DNA of 64,000 nt from Patescibacteria group bacterium (GTDB taxonomy: Bacteria > Patescibacteriota > Patescibacteriia > Patescibacteriales > JBAZCA01): the NCBI GenBank assembly GCA_041661505.1, contig JBAZUF010000001.1:241576-305575 (forward strand), in the 5' to 3' direction. Below the pieces are notes generated by a model. The model was not told the DNA's origin, searched no databases, and worked only from the letters and a program-made list of their open reading frames with translations. Shown here one piece after another: positions 10,250-18,845 of this stretch (position 1 is the stretch's first letter; every line of letters starts with the position of its first letter). The position numbers were made by a program, and so were the translations under genes.

Positions 10250-10454
10250 CTTATATTTAATCTTTTTCGTCTAGCTTTGGTTAAATATTAGCTCTATCCC
10301 GGCCTGTAATCATAAAGCCTACAATACAAATCATTTCGCCCATGGTTGTGGCGTTCAAGTTGCGCGGGTTCGGCCAGGATAAGCTGTTGTTTAGCATGTT
10401 TTTTATTTCTATTTATAAAACAAATTTACCACGAATATTTTATTTTTACAAGAG

Positions 10455-10483
10455 CAAAAAAATAACGCCTTTATACAGGCGTT
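10455..10483 (-). terminator. Rho-independent terminator after the M50 protease gene
   Basis: Stem AACGCCT(10464-10470)/AGGCGTT(10477-10483) is followed by a minus-strand T-run (plus A-run 10455-10463). Confidence 0.7.
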
Positions 10484-10536
10484 TAGCATTACAATGAAGT
10501 TTCTTAAATTAAAAATTGCCCGGCAAAGCTTCATGT

Positions 10537-11172
10537 TTAAACTCCCGTAATCAGCCGAAAAAGAAAATTAATAATCGGGACAATGATTGAGAATCCGAAG
10601 AGAACGAAAGCCAGAACCAAAAACATTCCAACCGATTCCAGCTGGGCAAAAAACTTTTGGGCGGCGTAAGGTAAAAACGGCATTATAATCCGCGAACCGT
10701 CTAAGGGCGGTATCGGGATGGCGTTAAAAACCGCTAAAAGGAGATTAATATAAACGACTATCTGGACAAACTGCAGGGCCGCTTGATTTATCATTCCCCC
10801 GCCAGCGCCGAAGAACCGGATAAAGAGCCCGAAGACCAAAGCTAAAAATAAATTTGATAAAGGTCCGGCTAAGGCTACTTTGGCCGCGCCGTATTTCCGG
10901 TCGCGCAGGTTATAGGGGTTAAATGGCACCGGTTTGGCATAGCCGAAAATAAAGCCGCCCGAAGTCGCGAAATAAATTAAGGCCGGCATCAAAACCGAAC
11001 CCCATAAATCAATGTGGGCCAAGGGGTTTAGGGTAAGCCGCCCGGCGCGCTTAGCCGTGTCGTCGCCCAGCTGGTCAGCCGCCCAGCCGTGCATATATTC
11101 GTGGATAATGGCTGACATAAGAAGAACAACCAGTTGGAAAATCATAATATTCATACCAGATAATATTACCAC
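10537..11172 (-). CDS. Site-2 protease family (peptidase M50) membrane metalloprotease
   Basis: 211 aa, polytopic, with HExxH in IHEYMHGWAA and a downstream NxxPxxPLDG motif (NAIPIPPLDG). Confidence 0.85.
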   Translation of the reverse strand: MVILSGMNIMIFQLVVLLMSAIIHEYMHGWAADQLGDDTAKRAGRLTLNPLAHIDLWGSVLMPALIYFATSGGFIFGYAKPVPFNPYNLRDRKYGAAKVALAGPLSNLFLALVFGLFIRFFGAGGGMINQAALQFVQIVVYINLLLAVFNAIPIPPLDGSRIIMPFLPYAAQKFFAQLESVGMFLVLAFVLFGFSIIVPIINFLFRLITGV

Positions 11173-11276
11173 GCCTTGCCATTATAATCAAAAACTGTTA
11201 AGCTCTTATTAAGTAAAAATTATTTATCAATTTTTTGGCGCAAACTTCCCCTTTTTGCGCTTTCAATTTTAAAACT

Positions 11277-11462
11277 ATGGCCAAGACCTGCGATCTATGC
11301 GGACGAGGAACCACCCGCGATGCCAGCCGCTCCCACTCGAATATAAGAACCCTGAAAAGGCAATACATCAATCTACAGGCTAGAAAAATCGACGGCAAAA
11401 ATCTCAAAGTCTGCACTTCCTGCTTGAAGACAAGAAAAAAAGTTAAAAAGACAGCTAAATAA
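11277..11462 (+). CDS. rpmB: 50S ribosomal protein L28
   Basis: MAKTCDLCGRGTTRDASRSHSNIRTLKRQYINLQ… is typical bL28. I chose the internal ATG at 11277 over the track start at 11235. Confidence 0.9.
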   Translation: MAKTCDLCGRGTTRDASRSHSNIRTLKRQYINLQARKIDGKNLKVCTSCLKTRKKVKKTAK

Positions 11463-11474
11463 AGCTGTTTTTTT
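11451..11474 (+). terminator. Rho-independent terminator of rpmB, overlapping its stop codon
   Basis: Stem ACAGCT(11451-11456)/AGCTGT(11463-11468) followed by T7. Confidence 0.75.
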
Positions 11475-11612
11475 GTTTCCATCTCTATTTACGATACAAA
11501 AACTCATAAAGCAAAAATAATTAAAATCTGATCCAAATAAAAATCCAGCTCTAATGCTGGACAAATCCTTGAAACTCTAAAGCTATTCCGGAAAATTTCC
11601 GGAATTTTTCGT

Positions 11613-12746
11613 TTAGCGTATCGACCGATAGCCGCCCGGAACGCCTTTTTTTGAAAGCACAATCTGCCAAACTTGCATCTTCCTGACCCGAAAAGCGACT
11701 TGCGAAGAGTAAAGCCAGTAAGTCCACATCCGGTAAAAACGCTCGCCGTATTTTTCTTTTAAATTTTCCCAGCCTTGATTGAAATTTTCCAGCCAGGCAA
11801 TAACGGTTTTATCGTAATCGGTCCCGAAGTTATGCCAATCCTCCATAACAAAAAGCCCTTCGATTGCTTCGCCGATTTGCTTAATCGAAGGGAGCATGGA
11901 ATTGGGGAAAATATATTTTTCCGTCCACGCGTCCGTTACTTTAGCCGAAAAGTTGCGGCCAATAGTATGCAATAGAAATAATCCGCTGTCTTTTAAATGC
12001 CGCGCCACAACTTCGAAATAGGCGCGGTAATTTTTATAGCCAACGTGCTCAAACATGCCTAAGGAAACGATATGGTCGAACTCGCCGGTGATATTGCGGT
12101 AATCAGTTAAAAGAATTTCAATCGGCAAACCGGCGCACAATTTTTTAGCGAGTTCAGCCTGCTCTTTGGAAACCGTAACGCCAACGGCCGATACGCCGTA
12201 TTTTTCCGCGGCGTATTTAACAAAACTTCCCCAGCCGCAGCCGATATCTAGAATCCTTTGGCCGGATTTTAACCCAATTTTTTTACAGACCAGGTCTAGT
12301 TTAGCCTCTTGGGCCTCGTCCAAGTTTTTAGCTTCGCCAGCTGGCGAATTCCAATAGCCGCAAGTATAGGTCAAGCGCTTGTCGAGCATAACTTGGTATA
12401 AGTCATTCCCGATGTCGTAGTGGCGCTCGCCGATAATATGGGTTTTGGATTTTTTCTGGCGGTTAAAAATTATTTGCGGTAAAAGCCGTAAAAGCGTTTT
12501 CCAGTTGCCTCTAATCTGCTTTTCAATGCCAGCGGAAAGCAGGCGGTAAAAAAATTCGTCGAGTTTAGGAGCGTCCCACCAGCCGTCCATATAGCTTTCG
12601 CCCAAACCCAAAGACCCTTCGCTTAAAACGCGGGCAAAAAATTCTTCGTTTTTAACCTTGAGATCAAAAGGCCGGCTGCCGTTTAACTCTATGCCGGCCG
12701 AGGAAAGGATTGTTTCCGCCAAAGCTCGCGGTTCATTTCCCTTCAT
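11613..12746 (-). CDS. cfa: Cyclopropane-fatty-acyl-phospholipid synthase family SAM methyltransferase
   Basis: 377 aa with the SAM motif ILDIGCGWG and a typical CFA synthase N- and C-terminal context (HYDIGNDLY…). Confidence 0.88.
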   Translation of the reverse strand: MKGNEPRALAETILSSAGIELNGSRPFDLKVKNEEFFARVLSEGSLGLGESYMDGWWDAPKLDEFFYRLLSAGIEKQIRGNWKTLLRLLPQIIFNRQKKSKTHIIGERHYDIGNDLYQVMLDKRLTYTCGYWNSPAGEAKNLDEAQEAKLDLVCKKIGLKSGQRILDIGCGWGSFVKYAAEKYGVSAVGVTVSKEQAELAKKLCAGLPIEILLTDYRNITGEFDHIVSLGMFEHVGYKNYRAYFEVVARHLKDSGLFLLHTIGRNFSAKVTDAWTEKYIFPNSMLPSIKQIGEAIEGLFVMEDWHNFGTDYDKTVIAWLENFNQGWENLKEKYGERFYRMWTYWLYSSQVAFRVRKMQVWQIVLSKKGVPGGYRSIR

Positions 12747-12887
12747 ATGAATTCATTGTTTTAAATGAAAGACTCCTGTATTGCTCAACTATAGTTTAAA
12801 ACAATTATTTTTCGTTCGCAACCCCTGGCTTGACACTCCCAGCCTCACTTCATCCGGCCCCGGCTTTTATTCCGGGCCAGTCCGTAA

Positions 12888-13460
12888 TTACATCCTTCTT
12901 AATTCCCTCCGGCCTTCCCGGTAATCCGGAATGGTTTTAGCTACGAGGTTCCAGAAGCGGGCCGAATGGTTCATTTCTTTTAAATGGCAAAGTTCGTGGA
13001 CGATCAGGTAGTCGGCCAGGTGCTCCGGCAAATCGCAGATTTTGTAATTAAAATTCAAATTGCCCTGGCGCGAACAGCTTCCCCACCGCTTTTTTTGGAT
13101 TTTTATTGAGACGCGGCTGAATTTAAAATTGTAAAATTTATTGAAGCAATTAATTTTTTCTTTCACCAGGCTAAGGGCGGTTTGTTTTGCTTTTAAAAAT
13201 TCTTCCCGGTTAGAGCTCTCAAGCATCCCGGGCGTGTCATGTTCGATCCGGTCTAAGACTCGCGCGATCCAGGGAGTTTTCCGCTCGATAAAAGATTCGA
13301 TTTGGTCCATCCGGCCGCCCCGGGGAATGACGCCGATTATTTTCCGGTCGCGCCGGACGATAATATAAAACCGGCGGGCCGTCGGAGATTTTTTTATAAT
13401 ACAAGGCACTTCCCGGCCCGAAAAGTTTAAAACTTTGGTTAGGGTTTTTTGAGGTTTCAT
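12888..13460 (-). CDS. YgjP-like (DUF45) M48-family zinc metallopeptidase
   Basis: 190 aa with YLIVHELCHLKEMNHSARFW (HExxH…H) and the RWGSC motif typical of DUF45. Confidence 0.85.
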   Translation of the reverse strand: MKPQKTLTKVLNFSGREVPCIIKKSPTARRFYIIVRRDRKIIGVIPRGGRMDQIESFIERKTPWIARVLDRIEHDTPGMLESSNREEFLKAKQTALSLVKEKINCFNKFYNFKFSRVSIKIQKKRWGSCSRQGNLNFNYKICDLPEHLADYLIVHELCHLKEMNHSARFWNLVAKTIPDYREGRRELRRM

Positions 13461-13517
13461 GGGGATTATGGCAAATTTTAATATTAGAGGAGAATAAGCT
13501 AAGAAGCTAATACCTTA

Positions 13518-13546
13518 ATTCTAGTCTCCTAATATTAAGATGGCAA
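13518..13546 (-). promoter_or_regulatory. Sigma70-like promoter for the DUF45 peptidase gene
   Basis: On the minus strand: TTGCCA (13546-13541), 17-nt spacer, TAGAAT (13523-13518). Confidence 0.4.
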
Positions 13547-13716
13547 GCTGAAGCGCTAAATCCAGAAAAAGAAGGCAGGTTGTAGAAATAAAAAAGAGAC
13601 CCATTACTGAATTTCTGCTACCGCCGGGTCTCAAAGCGGTAGCAGGTTGATAATTGTGTTGGCTTTTTGAGAGGCCAGAGCTACCGATTTTACTCCCAAA
13701 GAGTAAATTACCCAAA

Positions 13717-15012
13717 TTACCTTTCCCAGCGGGTATATTCAAGTTCGGCCAGCTCTACGGCCTTTTCCAAAGAGCCAAAGTGTTTTTTGTAGGTTGCGGG
13801 GGAAGAACACTTCCCTGTTTTAAAAGCTTTAATAATTTTTTTTGGGGACAAACACTCCTCTCCTAAGCCTCTTAATCTATCAAGCAGCTGTATGTCGGTT
13901 ATTATCCTCCTTCCGGTATATTTCAAACCTGCGGCCTCAACAGCTTTTGCGAGAGTGCCAAAACGTGCCCAGAAGGTCGTCGTCGACAAGCAATCGCCGC
14001 GGCTGGCAGCTTCTTGAATTTCCTTACTCGACAAAGCCTCACCGTCTTTAGACAATCCTCGCAACAAGTCAAGCAGATAATTGTCTGAATACGGTATTTT
14101 TCCACGTCTGATCTTATTAAGTTCCAGCCCAGCTTCTTTCTGTGCTTTAGTTAAGGATTCAAAAAGGCGGAAGTAAGTACGCGTGCAGGGAATATCCTTT
14201 CCTTGAATGTGCGCATTATCAATATCGCAGTAGGTAGGAGTCCTCCCCAGTTCACTTGCTAGTTTTTGAAGTTTTTCTTTGGCTCCTTCGACGGTGATTC
14301 TTGGGACGGTGATTCTTGGACTGGAAACTCCTGCGATTTCTTTCGCTATGGACAACGAGCCAAAACATCTATAAAACGCACGAAGACTGGCGCCCTTTCC
14401 TTCTTTAGACATTTGCACTAGATCGTGAGTATCAGGCGCTCGACCCAAATCTTCCTTCATCTTTTTAAGTTGGCTGATAAGCTCCTCGGGAGAGTAGATT
14501 ATCAAATGGATAGGAGTCAATCCCGCAGCCTTTTGGGCGGCCGTCAACGATCCGAAAGCCAAAATCACTGTTGGTAAGCTAACACAGCCCCATTTTAAGT
14601 GGGCTCTATTGATATCCGAGCTGGAAGGAGTCCTCCAGAGCCGAAGAAAAAGAAAAATTAATTCCGCGATTATGGTTTCGCGGGAATAAATCTTTTCCTG
14701 CTCGTTCCTTCCGCTTTTTCCCTTCCTCGGCTTAGGTGATTTTAGAAGTTCCCGGCGAGCCTGGTCTGCGACTAGCGCCCGTTCAGAGTCAACAATTGCT
14801 TGGGGCTCTCCTTTCTGTCTTTCATCCGTCAAACATTTCTTAATAGCCGCTTTCACTCTTTTTTCTAATTTGGCCCTGGGACAAAATCCTGAAACTGGTC
14901 GGCCATTTGGAAGAGTGAAAGGCAGGGTGTAAAAAGCATAAGCGCGGTCAATTTCATACTTAACCAGCACAGCCAATCCATCCACATCATAAGAGATTTC
15001 TTTTATTTTCAT
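13717..15012 (-). CDS. Protein with a short unknown N-domain followed by five homing-endonuclease-associated repeats (HEAR-like), with no nuclease domain recognised
   Basis: 431 aa with five units of about 57 aa following the pattern Y/T-S-x-E-x-L-x3-L…GR-x-P…F-x3-FGSL-x2-A-x3-AGL. Examples are FYRCFGSLSIAKEIAGV and YKKHFGSLEKAVELAEL. Confidence 0.75.
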   Translation of the reverse strand: MKIKEISYDVDGLAVLVKYEIDRAYAFYTLPFTLPNGRPVSGFCPRAKLEKRVKAAIKKCLTDERQKGEPQAIVDSERALVADQARRELLKSPKPRKGKSGRNEQEKIYSRETIIAELIFLFLRLWRTPSSSDINRAHLKWGCVSLPTVILAFGSLTAAQKAAGLTPIHLIIYSPEELISQLKKMKEDLGRAPDTHDLVQMSKEGKGASLRAFYRCFGSLSIAKEIAGVSSPRITVPRITVEGAKEKLQKLASELGRTPTYCDIDNAHIQGKDIPCTRTYFRLFESLTKAQKEAGLELNKIRRGKIPYSDNYLLDLLRGLSKDGEALSSKEIQEAASRGDCLSTTTFWARFGTLAKAVEAAGLKYTGRRIITDIQLLDRLRGLGEECLSPKKIIKAFKTGKCSSPATYKKHFGSLEKAVELAELEYTRWER

Positions 15013-15173
15013 ATTCCCCTCGATTTGAATGCAAAAAATTTAGAAATCTTAAGCGGGAAAAATTCCCATCTTTTATTTAAAGAACAATATTAATACTACT
15101 GCTATTAGCTAAGCTAAATGGCGAAAAAGTAGTTTCTACTTTTAACATATCTTTATTAATAAGTCAAAAATAA

Positions 15174-15202
15174 TTGACAACTACTACATATTAATGTATA
15201 AA
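15174..15202 (+). promoter_or_regulatory. Sigma70-like promoter for typA
   Basis: TTGACA (15174-15179), 17-nt spacer, TATAAA (15197-15202). Confidence 0.55.
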
Positions 15203-15304
15203 TGACTTACCTGCCACTGGGCAGATTTTTATTTTATATGCAAATAAGAAACATTGCCATTATCCGCCTTCGCTTACGCTACGGCGGACAAGTCGCCAAT
15301 ACAT

Positions 15305-17125
15305 ATGGAAATTAGGAACATCGCTATAATAGCCCACGTTGACCACGGGAAAACCACCCTTACCGACGCGCTGATGCAGCAAACCGGCATGGCGCAAAAA
15401 GGAGTCTCGATGGATTCAAACGCCCTGGAACTGGAGCGCGGCATTACAATTTACTCGAAAAATACTTCGGTCTACTTTAAGGACACGAAAATTAATATCG
15501 TTGATACGCCCGGCCACGCCGATTTCGGTTCTGAAGTCGAGCGGGTTTTGCGTTCCATTGATTCGGTTTTACTCGTCGTTGACGCCCAGGAAGGCCCGAT
15601 GCCCCAGACTAAATTTGTTTTAAAAAAGTCTCTCGAGCTCGGATTAAAGCCGATCGTGGTAATTAATAAAATTGACAAACCGGCCGCCCGGCCCGAAGAG
15701 GTCGAAGAAATGGTTTATGAATTGTTTTTGGATTTGGGGGCGAGTGACGCACAGCTGGATTTTACCACCATCTACGCTATTGCCCGGGAAGGAATCGCCA
15801 AGGCAAAGCTTGAAGACGATTCAAAAAATTTGACCCCGCTTTTGGACGCGATTTTAAAGCTGGTTCCGGTCGCTTCAAGCGAAAAAGCCGATTCCCAGCC
15901 GCTTCGCATGCAGCCTTTTAATTTAGCTTATGATAATTTTTTGGGGCGCCTGGCTATCGGAAGAATTTACGAAGGCATAGTTAAAAGCGGGCAGAGCGTC
16001 CTAATAAGGCACGCCGGCAAAGACAACCGCACCGGAAAAATTACCAAGCTTTTTACTTTTGAGGGCCTAGAACGAAAAGAAGTCGGCGAAGCCAAAGCCG
16101 GAGACATTGTTATGATCGCGGGGCTCACGGACATCTTTATCGGCGAAACAATTTGCGAAAACGATGCCCAGGAAATCTTACCGGCGATTAACATTGACGC
16201 TCCGACTATCTCCTTAAATTTCATGGTCAACAATTCTACTTTCGCGGGCCAAGACGGAAAATATGTTACCAACCGGCAGATTAAAGAGCGCCTGGAAAAA
16301 GAACTGGAAGTTAACGTCGGACTAAAAATCGATTTTTCCCGCGCCGATTACTACAAAGTTTTCGGCCGCGGCGAAATGCATATCGCTATCTTACTCGAAA
16401 ACATGCGCCGGGAAGGTTATGAGCTCCAAATTTCCCAGCCCCACGTAATTATCAAAGAAAAGGACGGCGTTAAGCTTGAGCCGTATGAAGAGGTAACAAT
16501 TAACGTCCCGAACGACATGTCCGGCGCGGTGATTGAAAAGCTTTCCAAGCGGCGCGGCAACATGATGGAAATGAAGCCAGAGCACGGCAATACGCGGATT
16601 ATTTTTGAAATCCCGACCCGGGGGCTTTTGGGCTACCGAAACGAATTCGTCATCGATACCCGCGGCGAAGGGATAATGTACACCCGGGTAATCGGCTTTA
16701 AACCGCACGCCGGTGAAATTAAAAAGCACGAATCCGGCTCCATGATTTCCATGGCCACCGGCAAAGCTTTAGGGTTTTCTTTATTTAACCTCCAAGAGCG
16801 CGGCGCGTTATATATCGGCGCCAATACCGAAGTTTACGAAGGCATGGTAATCGGGAACGTTTCCAAGGGCACTGACTTAAGGGTCAACCCGACCAAAGGA
16901 AAACAGCTTACCAATATGCGCGCTTCGGGTTCGGACGAAGCTATTCGGTTAACCACGCCGATTGAGATGACCTTGGAAAAAGGCATGGGCATAATGAAAA
17001 GCGACGAGTACTTGGAAATTACTCCGAAAAATATCCGCATGAGAAAAAAATACTTAACCGAAAACGAGAAAATCAAAGCCGAAAAAGAAAAGAAAGCCCG
17101 AGAAAAGTCGAAAAACAATACTTAA
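15305..17125 (+). CDS. typA: Translational GTPase TypA/BipA
   Basis: [27 protein letters not shown] and NKID, with full-length BipA colinearity. I prefer the ATG at 15305 over the track's TTG start at 15254. Confidence 0.95.
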   Translation: MEIRNIAIIAHVDHGKTTLTDALMQQTGMAQKGVSMDSNALELERGITIYSKNTSVYFKDTKINIVDTPGHADFGSEVERVLRSIDSVLLVVDAQEGPMPQTKFVLKKSLELGLKPIVVINKIDKPAARPEEVEEMVYELFLDLGASDAQLDFTTIYAIAREGIAKAKLEDDSKNLTPLLDAILKLVPVASSEKADSQPLRMQPFNLAYDNFLGRLAIGRIYEGIVKSGQSVLIRHAGKDNRTGKITKLFTFEGLERKEVGEAKAGDIVMIAGLTDIFIGETICENDAQEILPAINIDAPTISLNFMVNNSTFAGQDGKYVTNRQIKERLEKELEVNVGLKIDFSRADYYKVFGRGEMHIAILLENMRREGYELQISQPHVIIKEKDGVKLEPYEEVTINVPNDMSGAVIEKLSKRRGNMMEMKPEHGNTRIIFEIPTRGLLGYRNEFVIDTRGEGIMYTRVIGFKPHAGEIKKHESGSMISMATGKALGFSLFNLQERGALYIGANTEVYEGMVIGNVSKGTDLRVNPTKGKQLTNMRASGSDEAIRLTTPIEMTLEKGMGIMKSDEYLEITPKNIRMRKKYLTENEKIKAEKEKKAREKSKNNT

Positions 17126-17142
17126 TATTGGACTTAATAAAT

Positions 17143-17167
17143 TACCCCGCCGAAAGCGGGCGGGGTA
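17143..17167. terminator. GC-rich hairpin between convergent typA and the Cys-rich protein gene
   Basis: 9-bp stem TACCCCGCC(17143-17151)/GGCGGGGTA(17159-17167). The flanks are A/T-rich but there is no clean U-tract on the plus strand. Confidence 0.5.
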
Positions 17168-17289
17168 AAAAATTAATTAAGGACTAAAGGATAGAGAAGT
17201 TGAATTGGATTAAATAAAGATTGATCTCGGCGCCAAAGCGGTTGAACTGGCGAAATTTAAGACCAGGTTGGAAGAAAAAAAAGCAAACT

Positions 17290-18267
17290 TTAGCGATCGA
17301 GGATTGTTTCAAGGCTGACGCTTACTTTATCTAGAAAATAAGTGCGCTGGAATTCAGACGTTGCCCCAAATCCAAAAGCCATCCATACCTTGCCGGAAGC
17401 ATCGGAGGTCAATTGTGCCGAATAGGAATATTTTTTCCACTGGCCCGCGACCTCATCAGTCCTTCCGATTATACTAAAATCCTTTTCTTTTAAGGGATTT
17501 TTTAATCCGGCATAAGCTAGCACTGGCCACTGGTTAGAGTCGGAATCATTTTCACTCCAAAGATAAAAGCTGATCTCGCAGTTAATTCTTGAGTTTGGAG
17601 CTACTTCAAAAGGGCGCTCAACCCAAATTGTGCCATCGTCATGGTTCCCGTCAAGGTAGCCAGCCAGAGAATAAACCCCGTCATACGCCTTTTGCTTAGA
17701 ACGTTTTATGCTCCAATTAAAAATACAACGAGAAGCATCCGTCTCGCAATCTATTTGGTGTTTTGGAACCCACCCGCCAAAGCCGCTTTCGAAGCTTTCC
17801 GAATAATCTTTATTACAGTCTTTCGGGCAAGTATTGTCCCTCTTCTCCACTGAATCGCAATATTTATCTCCGCATTTTCCCCCGCAGTAGCAAGTTCCAG
17901 CTTTTCTATCTATTAAATCACACTTCGGCTTGTCGCCTCCTACGACCATGGGACAGATGAGTCCACTGCAGTCTTTTTCGGTTTTGCATGTAATATTCCT
18001 CTTTTTCGAAGCGTCGGCATCTCTTCCTCCGGTTTCTAAATCAGTTGCCGGCGGCCTGGAATTGGAAACTTTCGCGTAAGAGCTCATGAAAGCTTCTGAA
18101 TCGCTATTTGCCATAAAGGCGAACGCCCCGAAAATACCCGCGAACAAAGCGATAATAAATACGCCTTTCCAGGTTTTGATTTCCATCTTTTGGAGCTGCG
18201 AATAACTTTTTGAGGCCAATTTATCAACCGGCCTCTTCCCGGCTGCATTGTTTGCCATAGTTTTCAC
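17290..18267 (-). CDS. Membrane-anchored or secreted Cys-rich protein with a C-terminal beta-sandwich-like domain
   Basis: 325 aa with a TM/signal anchor (GVFIIALFAGIFGAFAFMA), a cluster of about 14 Cys (CKTEKDCSGLICP…CYCGGKCGDKYCD…CPKDC) and then about 160 aa with no recognisable motif. Confidence 0.65.
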   Translation of the reverse strand: MKTMANNAAGKRPVDKLASKSYSQLQKMEIKTWKGVFIIALFAGIFGAFAFMANSDSEAFMSSYAKVSNSRPPATDLETGGRDADASKKRNITCKTEKDCSGLICPMVVGGDKPKCDLIDRKAGTCYCGGKCGDKYCDSVEKRDNTCPKDCNKDYSESFESGFGGWVPKHQIDCETDASRCIFNWSIKRSKQKAYDGVYSLAGYLDGNHDDGTIWVERPFEVAPNSRINCEISFYLWSENDSDSNQWPVLAYAGLKNPLKEKDFSIIGRTDEVAGQWKKYSYSAQLTSDASGKVWMAFGFGATSEFQRTYFLDKVSVSLETILDR

Positions 18268-18273
18268 TAATTA

Positions 18274-18729
18274 TTATTTAATTAATTTAATTATGTCGGC
18301 CAAGGTTACAATCCCGACTAATAAACTCTCTTCATTCACAACCGGAACCGTAAAAAGCTTTTTTCTCCTGAATAGCTTATACAAATCCTTAATCGGCCGG
18401 TTTTCTTCTATAGTAATGACTTTTTTAGTCATGATATCACCGGCAGTCATCCCCAGCAGGGCTTGATGAATTTTTTTATCTTTATCTTTCGTTGCCGCAT
18501 TTAAAATCTTTGTTTTCCGCAAGATATCGATATAGGACGGCAAATAAATATCCACTTCATCCTTGGTAAAAAAATCCGTTTCCGTAATTATCCCTAGTAT
18601 GCGCCCCTTTTCATCAACAACCGGAATCCCGTGTATTTTATATTTCATTAAAAGACAAGACACTTCCTTAATCCCCGCCTCCGGGCTGGCTGAAATGACT
18701 TTTTTTGTCATAATATCCTTTATCCGCAT
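18274..18729 (-). CDS. CBS-domain pair protein
   Basis: 151 aa with two CBS repeats (IMTKKVISASPE…HGIPVVDEKGRILGIITETD and IMTKKVITIEE…VPVVNEESLLVGIVTLADI). Confidence 0.85.
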   Translation of the reverse strand: MRIKDIMTKKVISASPEAGIKEVSCLLMKYKIHGIPVVDEKGRILGIITETDFFTKDEVDIYLPSYIDILRKTKILNAATKDKDKKIHQALLGMTAGDIMTKKVITIEENRPIKDLYKLFRRKKLFTVPVVNEESLLVGIVTLADIIKLIK

Positions 18730-18845
18730 AATTTTTTCTGGCCGTTCCTCATAGTTAGCGCCGCGAGGATCAGGCGCATTGTTCAGTTTATTAATTATAT
18801 AATAGCATATTGCGGAAGAGCCTGCAATATTATATCAGGCAAGGC

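Noticed and set aside
10921-10937. Sigma54-like -24/-12 element TGGCAC-CGGTT-TGGCA on the + strand
   Set aside because: It has correct GG/GC spacing, but lies inside and antisense to the M50 protease CDS, about 340 nt from the nearest + strand gene (rpmB). A single near-match of this kind is expected by chance. It does not point toward the bEBP/PrkA-like operon.
13521-13742. 73-aa minus-strand ORF between the DUF45 peptidase gene and the HEAR-repeat gene
   Set aside because: It overlaps the HEAR gene's 3' end, terminator structures and the downstream promoter, and has low-complexity composition. It is more likely non-coding.
17168-17289. Start-less open frame …KIDLGAKAVELAKFKTRLEEKKANFSDRGLFQG* on the + strand
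   Set aside because: It has no start codon, an in-frame stop immediately upstream, and overlaps the 3' end of the convergent gene. At most it is a gene remnant, and I cannot support it.
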